Below, piece after piece: positions 30,026-40,841 of a DNA stretch of 64,000 bases. The position numbers and the translations under genes were made by a program. This DNA comes from a virus, in IMG/VR virus record IMGVR_UViG_3300037483_000299, positions 1-64,000 of that record. One strand, 5' to 3'. Under the pieces are notes generated by a model, which was given only the letters and a program-made list of their open reading frames with translations, ran no database searches and had not been told where the DNA came from. Position 1 is the first letter of the stretch, and each line of letters opens with the position of its first letter.

Positions 30026-30321
30026 GTGAGTGCCTGGAAGCGCGTCCCCGATGGGCCGTACTACCTCGACTGGCAGCGGCGAGGCATCGGGCGGATCTGC
30101 GTGTCCTCCGGCACGCGACGCCTCAAGGTCTTCCGTCGCATCGAAGGGCCATCAAAGAGCAGACGCATTCCGTCATGACCGTGTTCGATGCGCACCGCCG
30201 GGGCCGGCTCGACCTGCTCCCGCTTTCTGAATCCCTGACCCCGCTCCGGCCGGCGGTAGACGCCTGGATTGCGCGAGCGGGGGACACTGGCCGGCGCGCG
30301 GCGAAGCAAGGTTTCGCATGA
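30026..30321 (+). pseudogene. Possible frameshifted N-terminal remnant of a tyrosine integrase
   Basis: GPYYLDWQRRGIGRICVSSGTRRLKVFRRIE, then a frame change near 30145-30150 to AIKEQTHSVMTVFDAHRRGRLDLLP...LRPAVDAWI; no catalytic domain follows. Confidence 0.4.
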
Positions 30322-30704
30322 CTCCTCACCCCAAGCCCCCGCTCCGCGCTCCCCGGGAGCCGAAGCCCCTGAAACGCTCCACCTGGCTCTCCCGCGGGAA
30401 GCGGCCGAAGGCCCGGAAGGTCACCAAGGGCGGCCGGAACACGATGCCGGCGAAGCTGGCCTGGCTGCGGTGGCTCGGATGCGCTGTGTGTCCGGCCTGG
30501 CCGGCGGAAGCCCACCACGAACGCCAGGGCGGAGCCCGGGCGGATGACCGGAAGACGGTCCCGCTGTGCGCCGCGCATCATCGGTTGCCGGGGCCGGAAT
30601 CCCGGGAAGCGTTGGGCCGGGAAGGCTTTGAGCGGTGCCACGGCGTGAACCTGGACACCCTCTGCGCGGACTACCAGCGACGATGGGAGAACGCTGGTGG
30701 CTAA
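30318..30704 (+). CDS. DUF968/Ref-like HNH nuclease
   Basis: LGCAVC..AEAHH..DDRKTVPLCAAHHR. Confidence 0.75.
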   Translation: MTPHPKPPLRAPREPKPLKRSTWLSRGKRPKARKVTKGGRNTMPAKLAWLRWLGCAVCPAWPAEAHHERQGGARADDRKTVPLCAAHHRLPGPESREALGREGFERCHGVNLDTLCADYQRRWENAGG

Positions 30705-30952
30705 CCGCCGCGGTACTTTCGTTCCTGGGCCGCGATCCCAAGCCATCGGGCGGCTGGCGTCTGAGCACAAGAGAGCGGCCAAACTCGCCCAGCCGTTGAC
30801 CCTCTCGACCCGCTGTCCACGCTGTCACCATCCGCTCCACTTCCAGACTGACTTCATAGGGCACAGTCTTGATTCCTGCTCCGGGTGCGGGTATCGGGCA
30901 CGACCCAGCCGCTTGCGCGCACCGGTAGGGCCGTCCTAGCCTACCAGGTAGG

Positions 30953-31318
30953 ATGGCTGAAACCGCCAAAAAGATGGTCAAATCCGGGAACAAAACCGGG
31001 AATGGCACTATGCTGTCCCCGAGAAACGGTGCTGTCTGCCCCACCGGTGCGCATCCGGGAAACACTGGGGGAAAGCCAGGGCGGTCCGGGCGGAAGGCGA
31101 AGGATTTCCGCCAGCTCTGTGGCGAGGCGGTGGACAAGTACGCCCGTCCGAAGGCCGCCAAAGTGCTCAAGACGCAAGAGCCGGGGGATGGGGAGAAGGC
31201 CAACCCGACGTGGTGGGCAGCCGCGGCGTACCTCGCCCGGTACGGCCAGCCGGAGCCGCCGAAGGAAGTCAACGCCAAGATTGGCGGGACGGTCATCCTG
31301 AAGGCCGTCCGTGAGTGA
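30953..31318 (+). CDS. terS: Terminase small subunit
   Basis: PGNTGGKPGRSGRK motif; overlaps the large terminase start. Confidence 0.65.
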   Translation: MAETAKKMVKSGNKTGNGTMLSPRNGAVCPTGAHPGNTGGKPGRSGRKAKDFRQLCGEAVDKYARPKAAKVLKTQEPGDGEKANPTWWAAAAYLARYGQPEPPKEVNAKIGGTVILKAVRE

Positions 31319-32852
31319 AGAGTACGTCGTCCCGATCCCGGATCTTCTGGCCCACCAACACGAAAGCGCCTACCATCCCGCCCGGTTCAAGCTCCTCTGT
31401 AAAGGCCGGCGGTCCGGCAAGGACATCGAAGCGTTCAACGTCTCGTGGTTTGGGCATGGACCGGACCGGAAATGGCCGGGCATCGTAGACGGCTGGGATG
31501 TGGCGTGGCTGGCCCCGGATTACCCTCAGGCTAAGAGCGTGTGGCTCCAAGAGATTCAACCCCGGTTTGAGGGCATTCCTGGGGTCAACCTGAACGAGAC
31601 CGAGCACCGGGTGACTATCGAGGGTCACGGGTCGCTGGTCCTCCGGTCCGCTGAGAACGTGACGAGCCTCCGGGGATTAGGGAAGCGGCTGATTGGCGTC
31701 GTGGTGAATGAGGCGGCGCACCTCGATCTCGCCGATGCGTGGCGCCGAGTCATCAGGCCAATCCTCATGGACAACAAGGGCTGGGCCTACATCATGTCCA
31801 CCCCGAACCGTGGCGCCGACGGCGGGGTGGATGAGGAGGGAATCCGCCGGGTCCCGAGCTACTTCAACACGCTGTGCGAGGAAGTCCGGGCGGGGAAACG
31901 GGGCACGGACTGGGCCGTGTGGTTTGGGGATGCCCGCGAGAACCCCAAGATCCCAGCGGACGAGTTCCAGGCGTTGCTCGCCGAGTATCCCGAGGGATCG
32001 GTGGCGATGCAGGAGGAAGTCTACGCCCTCCTGCTGCCTCCGGGAACGGGGCTGGCGTTCAGCGAGTGGCGGGACGACGTGCATGTCTTGGACACGTTTA
32101 CGGTCCCGCGACACTGGCGCTATGCCGGTGGGTACGACTGGGGCTACTGGAGCCCGAGCGCCTTTATCCTGTTCGCGCAGGGGGATGATGGGGCGACGGT
32201 GGCGGTGGCCGAGAAGAAGTGGACGCAGAAACTCGCCTTTGAAATGGGTCAGGACATCGCCCGGATGTGCCAGGCGGTCGCCCCCATGCCGGTTGAGTAC
32301 ATCGCGGCGGATTCGTCCATGTGGGGCGTCCAAGCCCAGAAGGGCTTTCCGAACATCGCTGAGGAGCTACAAGCCGGGATCAACGCGGAGTGGGATCGGG
32401 CTCGGGAGGCTGGCTGGAAAGGCCCACTGCGAGCGCCGATGCTTGTAGCCATCGCGAAGGGCCACGACTCGCGCATCGCCGGCGCGACGCTGTTCCACCG
32501 CTACCTCAAGTGGACGGCGGAAAAGGATGGGACCATTCTCCCGTTCAACCTGCCGCGCTTGCGATTCACGAAAGCGTGTCCCTACCTTGTGGCGTCCATT
32601 CCCCGACTGCCGCCGAGCCCGACGGACAACGAGGACGTGGATACGGACGCCGACGATCACGGGTACGATGCGGCCCGATACTACCTGATGAGCCGGCCGC
32701 CGTTGCCGGAGGCGCCGAGAGCGGCCAAGTCGGCGGACGATCATCCCGGGCTGACGGAGCGGTATCCGGGGCTCGTGGAAGGGACGAAACGGGAGCCGGT
32801 AGGGCTCAACAAGTACACGCCCAGCAAGGTGCGAACGGAGGCGGGATGGTGA
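31311..32852 (+). CDS. terL: Terminase large subunit
   Basis: Walker A GRRSGK, Walker B VVVNEAA, STP motif, nuclease GYDWG and DHGYDAARY. Confidence 0.92.
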   Translation: MSEEYVVPIPDLLAHQHESAYHPARFKLLCKGRRSGKDIEAFNVSWFGHGPDRKWPGIVDGWDVAWLAPDYPQAKSVWLQEIQPRFEGIPGVNLNETEHRVTIEGHGSLVLRSAENVTSLRGLGKRLIGVVVNEAAHLDLADAWRRVIRPILMDNKGWAYIMSTPNRGADGGVDEEGIRRVPSYFNTLCEEVRAGKRGTDWAVWFGDARENPKIPADEFQALLAEYPEGSVAMQEEVYALLLPPGTGLAFSEWRDDVHVLDTFTVPRHWRYAGGYDWGYWSPSAFILFAQGDDGATVAVAEKKWTQKLAFEMGQDIARMCQAVAPMPVEYIAADSSMWGVQAQKGFPNIAEELQAGINAEWDRAREAGWKGPLRAPMLVAIAKGHDSRIAGATLFHRYLKWTAEKDGTILPFNLPRLRFTKACPYLVASIPRLPPSPTDNEDVDTDADDHGYDAARYYLMSRPPLPEAPRAAKSADDHPGLTERYPGLVEGTKREPVGLNKYTPSKVRTEAGW

Positions 32853-32988
32853 GGTCATGGCAGAAGGCTGATGACGCTGCGTACAACGCGGCGCTGTTGA
32901 AGGCCACACGGAAGATCATGCGTGCTATGATCCGGCGGACAGCCGCACAGTTCGCGGCACAATACTACCCGCCATTGAAGCGGAAGCC

Positions 32989-33438
32989 ATGATCCGCCTT
33001 CCCTGGGTGAGCCGAGCCCGGTACGAGGCGGCTGCGGCTGCTGCGGAAACCGAGCATCAGTTGGCCGAAATGGGAAGCAAGTCCACGCTCGCCGCACTTG
33101 AAGGGATGCAGAGGGCTTGCGACGGCGTGGTTGCCGATATCCGACGAGAAGCGGCCCAGGAACGTGCCGAGTGGGCCAGTCGCTATGAGGCCCTAGTGGA
33201 CAAGCTCGCCGCGCTCAAACACGAGGGCTACGGCCCGCCCGTCACCCTGCCCACCCCTGAGCCGGAGCCAGTTGAGCCACTTCCTGCTGCGGTGCGGAAA
33301 GCCATCAACGACCGGGCGAGCAAGGGGTCCGTAGCGTGGCGGCATCTGGAACGGCAGGCACGGGAGAAGATCGGACTGGGGGTGGATGTGTCCGAAGTGG
33401 CGGCGCTGATCCTGAACGGGGAGCCGGTCGAATGGTAA
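32989..33438 (+). CDS. Coiled-coil hypothetical protein
   Basis: 149 aa between terL and portal. Confidence 0.55.
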   Translation: MIRLPWVSRARYEAAAAAAETEHQLAEMGSKSTLAALEGMQRACDGVVADIRREAAQERAEWASRYEALVDKLAALKHEGYGPPVTLPTPEPEPVEPLPAAVRKAINDRASKGSVAWRHLERQAREKIGLGVDVSEVAALILNGEPVEW

Positions 33439-33791
33439 CGATCCCGACAGAAGCCTCGGTGGCATTGGACCATTTCGAGTATCGGGTCAAACGGATGGTG
33501 CCGCTTGCGCTGATGGGCCGAACGTCAGCCGAGGCCATTCTTGACCAGCAGGCGCGCTCCTGCATCCTGCTCATCACGCACGTCGTACTCGGGAAACGGG
33601 GGGCGGTGCTGCGGGTGCCAGACACATGGTGGGACCACACGAAGGAACGGTGGTTTCCAGCTTGGGCCCTTCGCCGCTGGCCGGTGCAGTATCGGGAGCA
33701 TGAAGCGCGTCTGCTGCTGCCGTATCTGCCGTTGCCGACGACGCGGGAGTGGGAATCGGTGGCGGTGTTCGCACAGGACCCAAAGGCATGA
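33432..33791 (+). CDS. Hypothetical protein
   Basis: PDTWWDH.K.RWFP.W.LRRWPV motif seen in phage proteins. Confidence 0.5.
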   Translation: MVTIPTEASVALDHFEYRVKRMVPLALMGRTSAEAILDQQARSCILLITHVVLGKRGAVLRVPDTWWDHTKERWFPAWALRRWPVQYREHEARLLLPYLPLPTTREWESVAVFAQDPKA

Positions 33792-34469
33792 CAGCAACCC
33801 ATGACGACCGGAAGTGGCAGCACGTCAAGATTGCCTTTCGTGCCATGCCGTGGCGGCATCGGCTGACGCTGTTGTGGGGCGGGACGCTGCATCTTCTGGT
33901 GCGGCGCAAAGGGGACGGGATCGAGATTCGCGGCGTGAAGGTAGCCTGATGAACGCGAGAACGTGCCTAGAGCACGGCATTCCGTATCCCTGCCCGGTAT
34001 CTATCGTGGGTCACTGGGCCATTGAGGATGGGACCGATGGATGGTACGTTGTGCGGCCGTGGGACCAAGGACGATGCGGTCCCTTCACGGAGGCAGAAGC
34101 GGCCGCGCAATTGCCTATCCTCCAGCGGCTCTACGGGGTGGCCTGATGGACATTCGCTACCCGGGGATGCACGAAGTAGACCGACTCCTGCACCGACGGG
34201 ATGATCGGCCACCGTCATGGCGACCAGTAGAGTACCTACCCGACGTGTACAGGATGACGATGGCTCCGTGGTGGATTGTATGGCTTTATCGGTGGCTCCC
34301 GTCACACGTTGGCTGGTGCAACCGTCCCGAACACCGTCGGTGCCAGGAGGTAGCGTTCTACTTGTGGAATCTGTCGGCGCCCCGATGGCGTATTGGATGG
34401 CTTCCACGCAGTCGCACTACGTACCGGACGCGTCGGCTGATCGCCGCGCGGTTCTAGCAGGAGGGTGGG

Positions 34470-36842
34470 GTGGCGGATCAATTCGACGGCTTAGAGGATC
34501 AGGGCAACTTCACGCCCGGCTCCACGGCATCCGACGACGTGGCGCGGGAGAACCTACTCACGCTCGCGCAATCGGACCCGGAAGGCTGCGCCCGCCGGCT
34601 GCTAGCCGATTGGGACGCCTCAAACAAGCACGTCAAGAGTCTCAAGGCGCAATGGAAGGTGAACCGCGCACGCGCGAAGGGGTTTACCGGCGTCTCCCTC
34701 ATCAAGCAGCAGGACGAGAACAAGGCATACATCCCCATCGGGGCCCGGCAGTCTGTTGCCGGCATGAACAAGGCCGCGCGGCTCAAGCGGCGTCTCCGGG
34801 CCCAGATGTTCGCCGATCCCGCCAAGCCAGAAGCGACCCCGAGTACAGATGAGGACCAGGACCGGGACGCGGCTGAGCTGGCGACGCGGGTCCTCGAGGA
34901 TCTGTGCTCAGAGGGCAATCTCGATTTCAACTTGAAGGCTGGCGATGCCTTTGACCTCGGGTCGGATTACGGGTCCGGGTTCATCCGGTTCTGGGTTGAT
35001 CCCTACGGTGGCGGGAATAAGCCGAAGGACATCTACGCCTCGCCGTTCGCGGTCACTGAGCAGGAGCCGTTTGCGCTGGGGCCGGCCGGGGAGAAGGCCC
35101 CGCCCCGGCTCCGGTACGTGACCGTCAAGGGCCAGATCGTGGACGATCCCAAGCAGGCGGCGCGGGTCTGGCTGCCCAAGCTCCGGGACGAACTCCTCAC
35201 CGGGCGGCAGGTGCGCTTCCTGCCCCATACGGCCCGGGATCTCTGGGATGCAGACGCGGTGATGGTGGGGGCGATGGTGCCGCTGGGGGTGGTGAAGGCC
35301 ATGTTCCCCGAGCTGGCCAAGAAGCCCGATGTGGAGATCCAGAAACTCACCGGCTATCGGCCGCAGGAATCGGCCGACCTGTTACCCTCCGGCAAGAAGG
35401 ATCATCGCGGCTCGGGGGATGTGGACGCGCAGTACGTCTTCGTGCTCTCCCGCTATCACAAACAGTGTGCCGACTACCCGCAGGGCGCGTATCTCGTGCT
35501 GGTGGGCGAGTCGTATCTGGCCCATACCGGTGAGTGGTACGATACCGAGGCCGATCAGCCGCTCGACATTCCCCTGACGCAGTTCGGGCACTACCACGAG
35601 GAGGACAATCCCTACAAGCAGGGGACGATGGAGCTGCTGGGGCCGGGGAATGAAGTGCGGGCCATGATGCTCGGCGCGATGCTGGAACATCTCGACAAGT
35701 TCCTCAACCGCCGCATCTTCGTCCCGCTCACCTCCGTCCTCAAGCCGGAACAACTCCAGTCCGAGACCGCGAGTGTCATTCAAATCAACCCCGGCGGAGA
35801 GCCGTTCTACGAGCAGCTACCGGATTTCCCGGTCTCGGCCGAGAAGATGTATGCCATGACCGGGGACGACATGGACGATGAATCCGGGTTGCAGGAGAGC
35901 GGGCAGGGCGGCGAAGTCCCCAGCGTCACGTCGGGCAAGCAGTTGACTCAGATCATCGAGCAGGTGGTGGCCGGGCTGTCGGAGCTACGGGAGAACACGA
36001 TCCGGGGCTTCGTCCGCGGCTGGCGCATCATGCTCCAACTCACCCGGGCCTATTACTCGATGCCCCAGAAGATCAAGTGGATGGGAGAGGATGGGGGCTA
36101 CAAGGTCAAGGAATGGACCGGCTCGGACCTGGGGGGCACTCGGGACGTGCGGATGTTGAAGGGCAGCTTTACGCAGTTGACCCCCGTCCACAAGGCGAAC
36201 CTCGCGCTGACCTATTTCGGGGTCCGGGATGCTCAGGGCCAGCCGTTGCTCGGGCTCCAAGATGTGCGGCACCTGATTACCGGGGAAGTCGGGCCCTGGC
36301 TCGGGATGCGGGACGATCCCCACCGGATGCGGGTCAAGCGGCAGATCAGCCAGTGGTCCGAGGGTCCCCCGGAGGGCTGGCAACCGCCACAGGCGCCGAC
36401 CGACCCATTCACCGGCCAGCCGGCGGTTGATCCCAATACCGGGCAGCCGGCCCAACCGCCCCCCGATCCGACGTTGACCAGCATCTTCGCCCCTGTTCCG
36501 GTGGACGAGGAACAAGCGGTGGCGGTGATTCGGACGGAGGAGCTGGGCCGAGCGATGGCGGGCGGTCGGTATGCTAGGATGCCCCCACCGTGGCAGGCTG
36601 GGCTCCAGATGGCCTATCAGACGGCCCGGCAGGCGGCAGGGCAGGCCACGGTCCGGGAACAGCAGCAGGCCGCCCAGGCTCAACAACAGCAGGCCGTCCA
36701 GGTGGAGAAGGAGAAAGAAGCGGCCAAGGTGGAGGGGAAGATCGCGGTCGAGCGGGCGGTGACGCAGATGGGGGGCATGGGTGGGGGAATGATGAGCAAG
36801 CCGGGAGACGGGCGGCCGGTGATGGGTGGGATGACGCGCTAG
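34470..36842 (+). CDS. Portal protein (P22-like, Gln-rich C-terminal barrel)
   Basis: 790 aa; DEDQDRDAAELATRVL, GSGFIRFW, TSGK..., Q-rich tail; between terL and scaffold. Confidence 0.85.
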   Translation: MADQFDGLEDQGNFTPGSTASDDVARENLLTLAQSDPEGCARRLLADWDASNKHVKSLKAQWKVNRARAKGFTGVSLIKQQDENKAYIPIGARQSVAGMNKAARLKRRLRAQMFADPAKPEATPSTDEDQDRDAAELATRVLEDLCSEGNLDFNLKAGDAFDLGSDYGSGFIRFWVDPYGGGNKPKDIYASPFAVTEQEPFALGPAGEKAPPRLRYVTVKGQIVDDPKQAARVWLPKLRDELLTGRQVRFLPHTARDLWDADAVMVGAMVPLGVVKAMFPELAKKPDVEIQKLTGYRPQESADLLPSGKKDHRGSGDVDAQYVFVLSRYHKQCADYPQGAYLVLVGESYLAHTGEWYDTEADQPLDIPLTQFGHYHEEDNPYKQGTMELLGPGNEVRAMMLGAMLEHLDKFLNRRIFVPLTSVLKPEQLQSETASVIQINPGGEPFYEQLPDFPVSAEKMYAMTGDDMDDESGLQESGQGGEVPSVTSGKQLTQIIEQVVAGLSELRENTIRGFVRGWRIMLQLTRAYYSMPQKIKWMGEDGGYKVKEWTGSDLGGTRDVRMLKGSFTQLTPVHKANLALTYFGVRDAQGQPLLGLQDVRHLITGEVGPWLGMRDDPHRMRVKRQISQWSEGPPEGWQPPQAPTDPFTGQPAVDPNTGQPAQPPPDPTLTSIFAPVPVDEEQAVAVIRTEELGRAMAGGRYARMPPPWQAGLQMAYQTARQAAGQATVREQQQAAQAQQQQAVQVEKEKEAAKVEGKIAVERAVTQMGGMGGGMMSKPGDGRPVMGGMTR

Positions 36843-36948
36843 ATGACGTAAGCCAGTATGGCTACGCGGGATACCTCGTGTGGCCAACAAGTGACAGTGA
36901 CGCGACAGTGAGCAGGCATCTTGACACCACCTTATCAGGAGCCCTAGT

Positions 36949-38118
36949 ATGGCTGACGACACGCTGACCAGCGCCGAAGATGCGACCCTCGATGGTGAGT
37001 TGGATCGCGTATTCTCCGCCGCGTCAGCCCCCGAGCCGGACCCCGCAGCTTCGACGGCAGGCGCCCCAAGCGCCGAACCCGCCCCCGCTGAAGGTTCCCA
37101 ACCCCGGGATGACGCTGGACGGTTCGCCCCGAAGTCGGCGGACACCGCCCCGGCCGTAGCCGAACCGGCTCTCCAAGAGCCCCAGGCCAAGCCGAGCGAG
37201 TCCCCCGCACCCCAGGCGGAACCCACACCGGAACCGGCACCTGATCTGCAAGCGCAGATCGATGCGCTTCCTGCGTTCCAGTATCGAGCGGACGGGGAGC
37301 CTGTTGAGATCCCCGGCTCGAAGGTGGGACCCGACGGGGCGTTCATCCCCAAAGCCGCCTTCCTCGATCTGCAACGCACGCTCTCGGCCGGCCGGTTGTA
37401 TCCCAAGCGTCATCAGGAATGGCGCCGGGAAACGGATGCCGCGAACGAAGAAGCCGCTGCCCAGAAAGACGCTTGGGAGTTCGTCATCGGCTTTTTCGAC
37501 AAGAAAGCGGCAGAAGGTGGCCTAGTTGACTGGGCCCAGAAGGCTGAGCTGGAATATCCGATCCTGCGGGAACAGGCGCAGGCGCGGTACTGGGAACGGA
37601 AGGCAAAGGCAGCCGAAAAGGGCCTGTCCTCCGTTACCCAGCAGCAGCAAGCGGCACTCCTCCGGCCGCAGATGGATGCGGCACTCGAAGGGGCGTTACA
37701 GGAGTTCGGGACGGGGCTGGACGCCGGGGACGTGAAAGAGCTGTTCGACACGTTGCGGCGGCCGGACTACGAAGCTGCCCTGTTCCCGACGGCGCCGGAG
37801 GATATGCCCGAGTACGGGATTCGGAAGGGCGAGCGGATCATCAACCGCCAGTTGGTGCGGGATGAAGCCGAGCGGTTGCGGCGGATCGTCGGGCGCTACA
37901 AGCCCAACGGCCAACCGACCGCGAGCCCGGCGGAAACGAAAGCAGCGGCCCACAACGCGGCCGTGCAGGCAGGAGCAAAGAAGCAGCCGCCTCCGACGGT
38001 GGGGGCGACCCGGGGACCGGCGCCGAGCGGCAAGCCCGTGACGCGGCCGGTGTTCACGAATACCGAGGATGCGGACGAGTACTACTTCGGCCGTGGATTC
38101 AACCCGGACACTGACTAA
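36949..38118 (+). CDS. Scaffolding protein
   Basis: Acidic Pro-rich N-terminus with RDDAGRFAPK; precedes the capsid gene. Confidence 0.75.
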   Translation: MADDTLTSAEDATLDGELDRVFSAASAPEPDPAASTAGAPSAEPAPAEGSQPRDDAGRFAPKSADTAPAVAEPALQEPQAKPSESPAPQAEPTPEPAPDLQAQIDALPAFQYRADGEPVEIPGSKVGPDGAFIPKAAFLDLQRTLSAGRLYPKRHQEWRRETDAANEEAAAQKDAWEFVIGFFDKKAAEGGLVDWAQKAELEYPILREQAQARYWERKAKAAEKGLSSVTQQQQAALLRPQMDAALEGALQEFGTGLDAGDVKELFDTLRRPDYEAALFPTAPEDMPEYGIRKGERIINRQLVRDEAERLRRIVGRYKPNGQPTASPAETKAAAHNAAVQAGAKKQPPPTVGATRGPAPSGKPVTRPVFTNTEDADEYYFGRGFNPDTD

Positions 38119-38176
38119 CAAGCCCGCTGCACCATTGGGGTGTAGGGGCGGGGGAATGTGAGGGGGCGTAACTCCA

Positions 38177-39448
38177 ATGGCGACAGCCACATACGCAGTA
38201 ACGCGCTCGGACACCGATCTTGAGCAACTTTGGCGCAAGGTGCAGGCCGGCGTGGTCGAGGCGTTCAACTTCGGAGTTGAGGAATGGAACCTCCTCAACA
38301 AGCTCACCAACTTCGACGTGGATTGGTCCGCTCGGGAAATCACCCTGGAGCTGGACGTGCTGGACGACTACGGGACCGCCTCGATCATCGAAGGCGGGAA
38401 GGAATCCCGGCCGTCCTCGCCCGCTCCGGTGACGGCGACCATTACCTGGATTCTGCTCAACAAGCGGTTCACCATCAGCAAGACCGCCCAGTACATCAGC
38501 GAGCAGACGCCGAAGGCGATGCTCGAAAACCAGCTCAAGTTCCAGAGCAAGAAAGCCGTCCAGGGCATCCGCCGGAAAGTCGGCGACATGTTCTATGGCT
38601 TCTCGACGGGGACGGTGGCCATCGTCACCGGCATCTCGACCGACGCCGTGACGCTTCAGGATCTCTACGGCATCAGCGGCCTCGGGGCGACCACGGACGA
38701 CCGGCAGGTGATCGACCTGTTCCGGGCGGGCGACTATGTGGCCTTCCTCAATCCGTCCGGCCCGGCGCTGCGGACCAGCGGTATCGCGCTGATCGACTCG
38801 GTGACCGAGGCCACGAACGTCATCAACGGGACCACGTTCTCGGATGTCTCGACGGTCACCGCCTCGGACTTGGTGGTGTTCGCCAACAACCTGGAAAACA
38901 CCACGATGGCCTCCGGCACTGAGCGGTCCCAGAACCTCGTCGGATTGCTGGACGCCATGACCAGTGTGTCGGTGCATGGCGTGTCCAACTCCTCGACCCC
39001 GCGCTGGAACGTCGCCGGCTCGGATACCGCGGGCGGCCGGTTCACCGGCATCAAGCTGCGGAAGATGAAGCAGGCGATTGCCAACAACGGCGGCGTCGAG
39101 CTGGACACCGTGATTTGGTCCAACGGCGTCGAGAACGACGTGGTGGCGCAGTTGCAGGCGGGCCTTCGGTTCTCCGATGCGTTCAACATGGAGCTGGACG
39201 GCAAGCCCACCAGCAAGGGCGTGACCTTCTTCACCAGTCGGCGGGTGCCGGATGGCTACGTGTTCGGGTTCGCCAAGAAGGCAATCAACAAGATGACCCT
39301 ACTCCCGGAACCCGGGAAGCAGGCATTCGACGACGGCCACAAGCTGCAGGACGACAGCGGGCTGGTGTTCAGTCTCGACTATCCCTGCGCGATGGTCTAC
39401 AAGAACCGCGCGGCGATGTACTACCTGAGCGGCGTGACCGAGCAGTAG
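38177..39448 (+). CDS. Major capsid protein, module B
   Basis: 423 aa after the scaffold; high codon bias; GLLDA..., VFSLDYPCAMVYKNRAA HK97-fold end. Confidence 0.8.
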   Translation: MATATYAVTRSDTDLEQLWRKVQAGVVEAFNFGVEEWNLLNKLTNFDVDWSAREITLELDVLDDYGTASIIEGGKESRPSSPAPVTATITWILLNKRFTISKTAQYISEQTPKAMLENQLKFQSKKAVQGIRRKVGDMFYGFSTGTVAIVTGISTDAVTLQDLYGISGLGATTDDRQVIDLFRAGDYVAFLNPSGPALRTSGIALIDSVTEATNVINGTTFSDVSTVTASDLVVFANNLENTTMASGTERSQNLVGLLDAMTSVSVHGVSNSSTPRWNVAGSDTAGGRFTGIKLRKMKQAIANNGGVELDTVIWSNGVENDVVAQLQAGLRFSDAFNMELDGKPTSKGVTFFTSRRVPDGYVFGFAKKAINKMTLLPEPGKQAFDDGHKLQDDSGLVFSLDYPCAMVYKNRAAMYYLSGVTEQ

Positions 39449-39460
39449 GCCGACGTAGTG

Positions 39461-39500
39461 GCGGCGGGGTGAACGTGGGCCCCGCCGCGCACCCTTTCCT
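39461..39500 (+). terminator. Hairpin after the capsid gene (possible terminator)
   Basis: GCGGCGGGG...CCCCGCCGC stem followed by a weak CCCTTTCCT tract. Confidence 0.4.
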
Positions 39501-39515
39501 CTGGAGTGTCTGACC

Positions 39516-40394
39516 ATGATTAGCAAGAGTCTCGCCGCGGCGAATGCCGATGTCATCATCACGGTCTCGAGCGACGTGCCGCAGGCGTATAGCCAGCACC
39601 CCGAACTGGCGTCCACCGTGTCGTGTTACGTCACGGGGACCTTCGTCGGGACGATCACGTTTGCCGGGACAGTGGACGGCACCAACTGGGTGACGCTGCC
39701 CGGCTACGTCCGCCATGCCTCCGGCATGTTCGCGGGTCCGCAGTTGAGCACGACCACCGGGACCGGCACGTTCCTCATCCCCGCCTACGGCTTCAACAAG
39801 GTCCGGGCCCGGATGACCTCCTATACGTCCGGCACCGCGACCGTCTCCCTCGACAAGGGCTTGGGCGGTGTCCCGGTCCAGCATGTGAGCACCGAAGGCT
39901 TGAAGGCGTCCTACGGCTGCGCCACGCAGTCGCTCGCCACCGTCACATCGGGCACGGACGTAGCGCGCCTCAGTGGATCGGCTACGACAACCGTTCGGGT
40001 GACACGAATCACTGTGAGCGGCACGATTGACACCGCCGCCCAGTACGTGAACGTCGGCATCTTCAAGCGCACCGCCGCCGCTTCTGGCGGTACGGCCTCC
40101 CAGCCGTCCATCGGGCTCTATGACTCGACGAACGCTGCGGTCACGGCGGTGGTCGATCTCTACACCGGCAACCCGACCACGGGCGCCGGTATCCTCGTCA
40201 AGGCACAACGGGTCTGGTGCGCGCTGTCAGGCACCGCCGCCGCCTCGCCGGGGTTGGCCGTGTTCGAGTTCGGCACCCGGAACAGTCAGTCGCTCGTCCT
40301 GCGGGGTGTGGCCCAGGGCGCCGCCGTGAACTTGGGGACGACCGGCAACGCCGGCGTGTTCGACATCGACTTCGAGTGGACTGAGGAGATATAA
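39516..40394 (+). CDS. Virion (decoration/spike) protein
   Basis: Thr/Gly-rich beta protein; GTITFAGTVDGTNW motif. Confidence 0.6.
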   Translation: MISKSLAAANADVIITVSSDVPQAYSQHPELASTVSCYVTGTFVGTITFAGTVDGTNWVTLPGYVRHASGMFAGPQLSTTTGTGTFLIPAYGFNKVRARMTSYTSGTATVSLDKGLGGVPVQHVSTEGLKASYGCATQSLATVTSGTDVARLSGSATTTVRVTRITVSGTIDTAAQYVNVGIFKRTAAASGGTASQPSIGLYDSTNAAVTAVVDLYTGNPTTGAGILVKAQRVWCALSGTAAASPGLAVFEFGTRNSQSLVLRGVAQGAAVNLGTTGNAGVFDIDFEWTEEI

Positions 40395-40395
40395 A

Positions 40396-40839
40396 GTGCC
40401 ACGGGGTAAGTACTTGAAAATTCCCCGACCCAAGGCACGCACGAGCGCGGTAGGTGGTGGCAAACGGTGCTCCTCCTGTCGCACGGTCTACGAACGGCCG
40501 GAGGAGCATTTTGCCAAACACCGGGCGACGTGGGACGGTTTCCAAAGCGTCTGTAACTCCTGTAAGCGTATCACGCACCGCAACTGGGTTCATGGTCTCA
40601 AGAGTGGGGAACGAGATCGAATGCTTGCCGAGCAGGATGGGCGGTGCGCGATCTGTCAGGAAAAGTGTGAGAAACTGGTGATCGACCATTGTCACCAGCA
40701 CGGGAACATCCGGGGTCTGCTCTGTCGGCCCTGTAACGCGTTACTTGGTATGTGTCAGGACGATGAGGCCATACTACGGCGGGCAATTGACTATCTCCGC
40801 ATCCATGCCCGTCGGGCTGGGATTGCGTTGGAGGGTTAA
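40396..40839 (+). CDS. Endonuclease VII-family homing endonuclease
   Basis: QDGRCAIC..LVIDHCH..G.IRGLLCRPCNALLG. Confidence 0.9.
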   Translation: MPRGKYLKIPRPKARTSAVGGGKRCSSCRTVYERPEEHFAKHRATWDGFQSVCNSCKRITHRNWVHGLKSGERDRMLAEQDGRCAICQEKCEKLVIDHCHQHGNIRGLLCRPCNALLGMCQDDEAILRRAIDYLRIHARRAGIALEG

Positions 40840-40841
40840 GA

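Noticed and set aside
36922-36951. TTGACA...TAGTAT promoter for the scaffold gene
   Set aside because: The putative -10 overlaps the start codon, so it cannot transcribe the full gene
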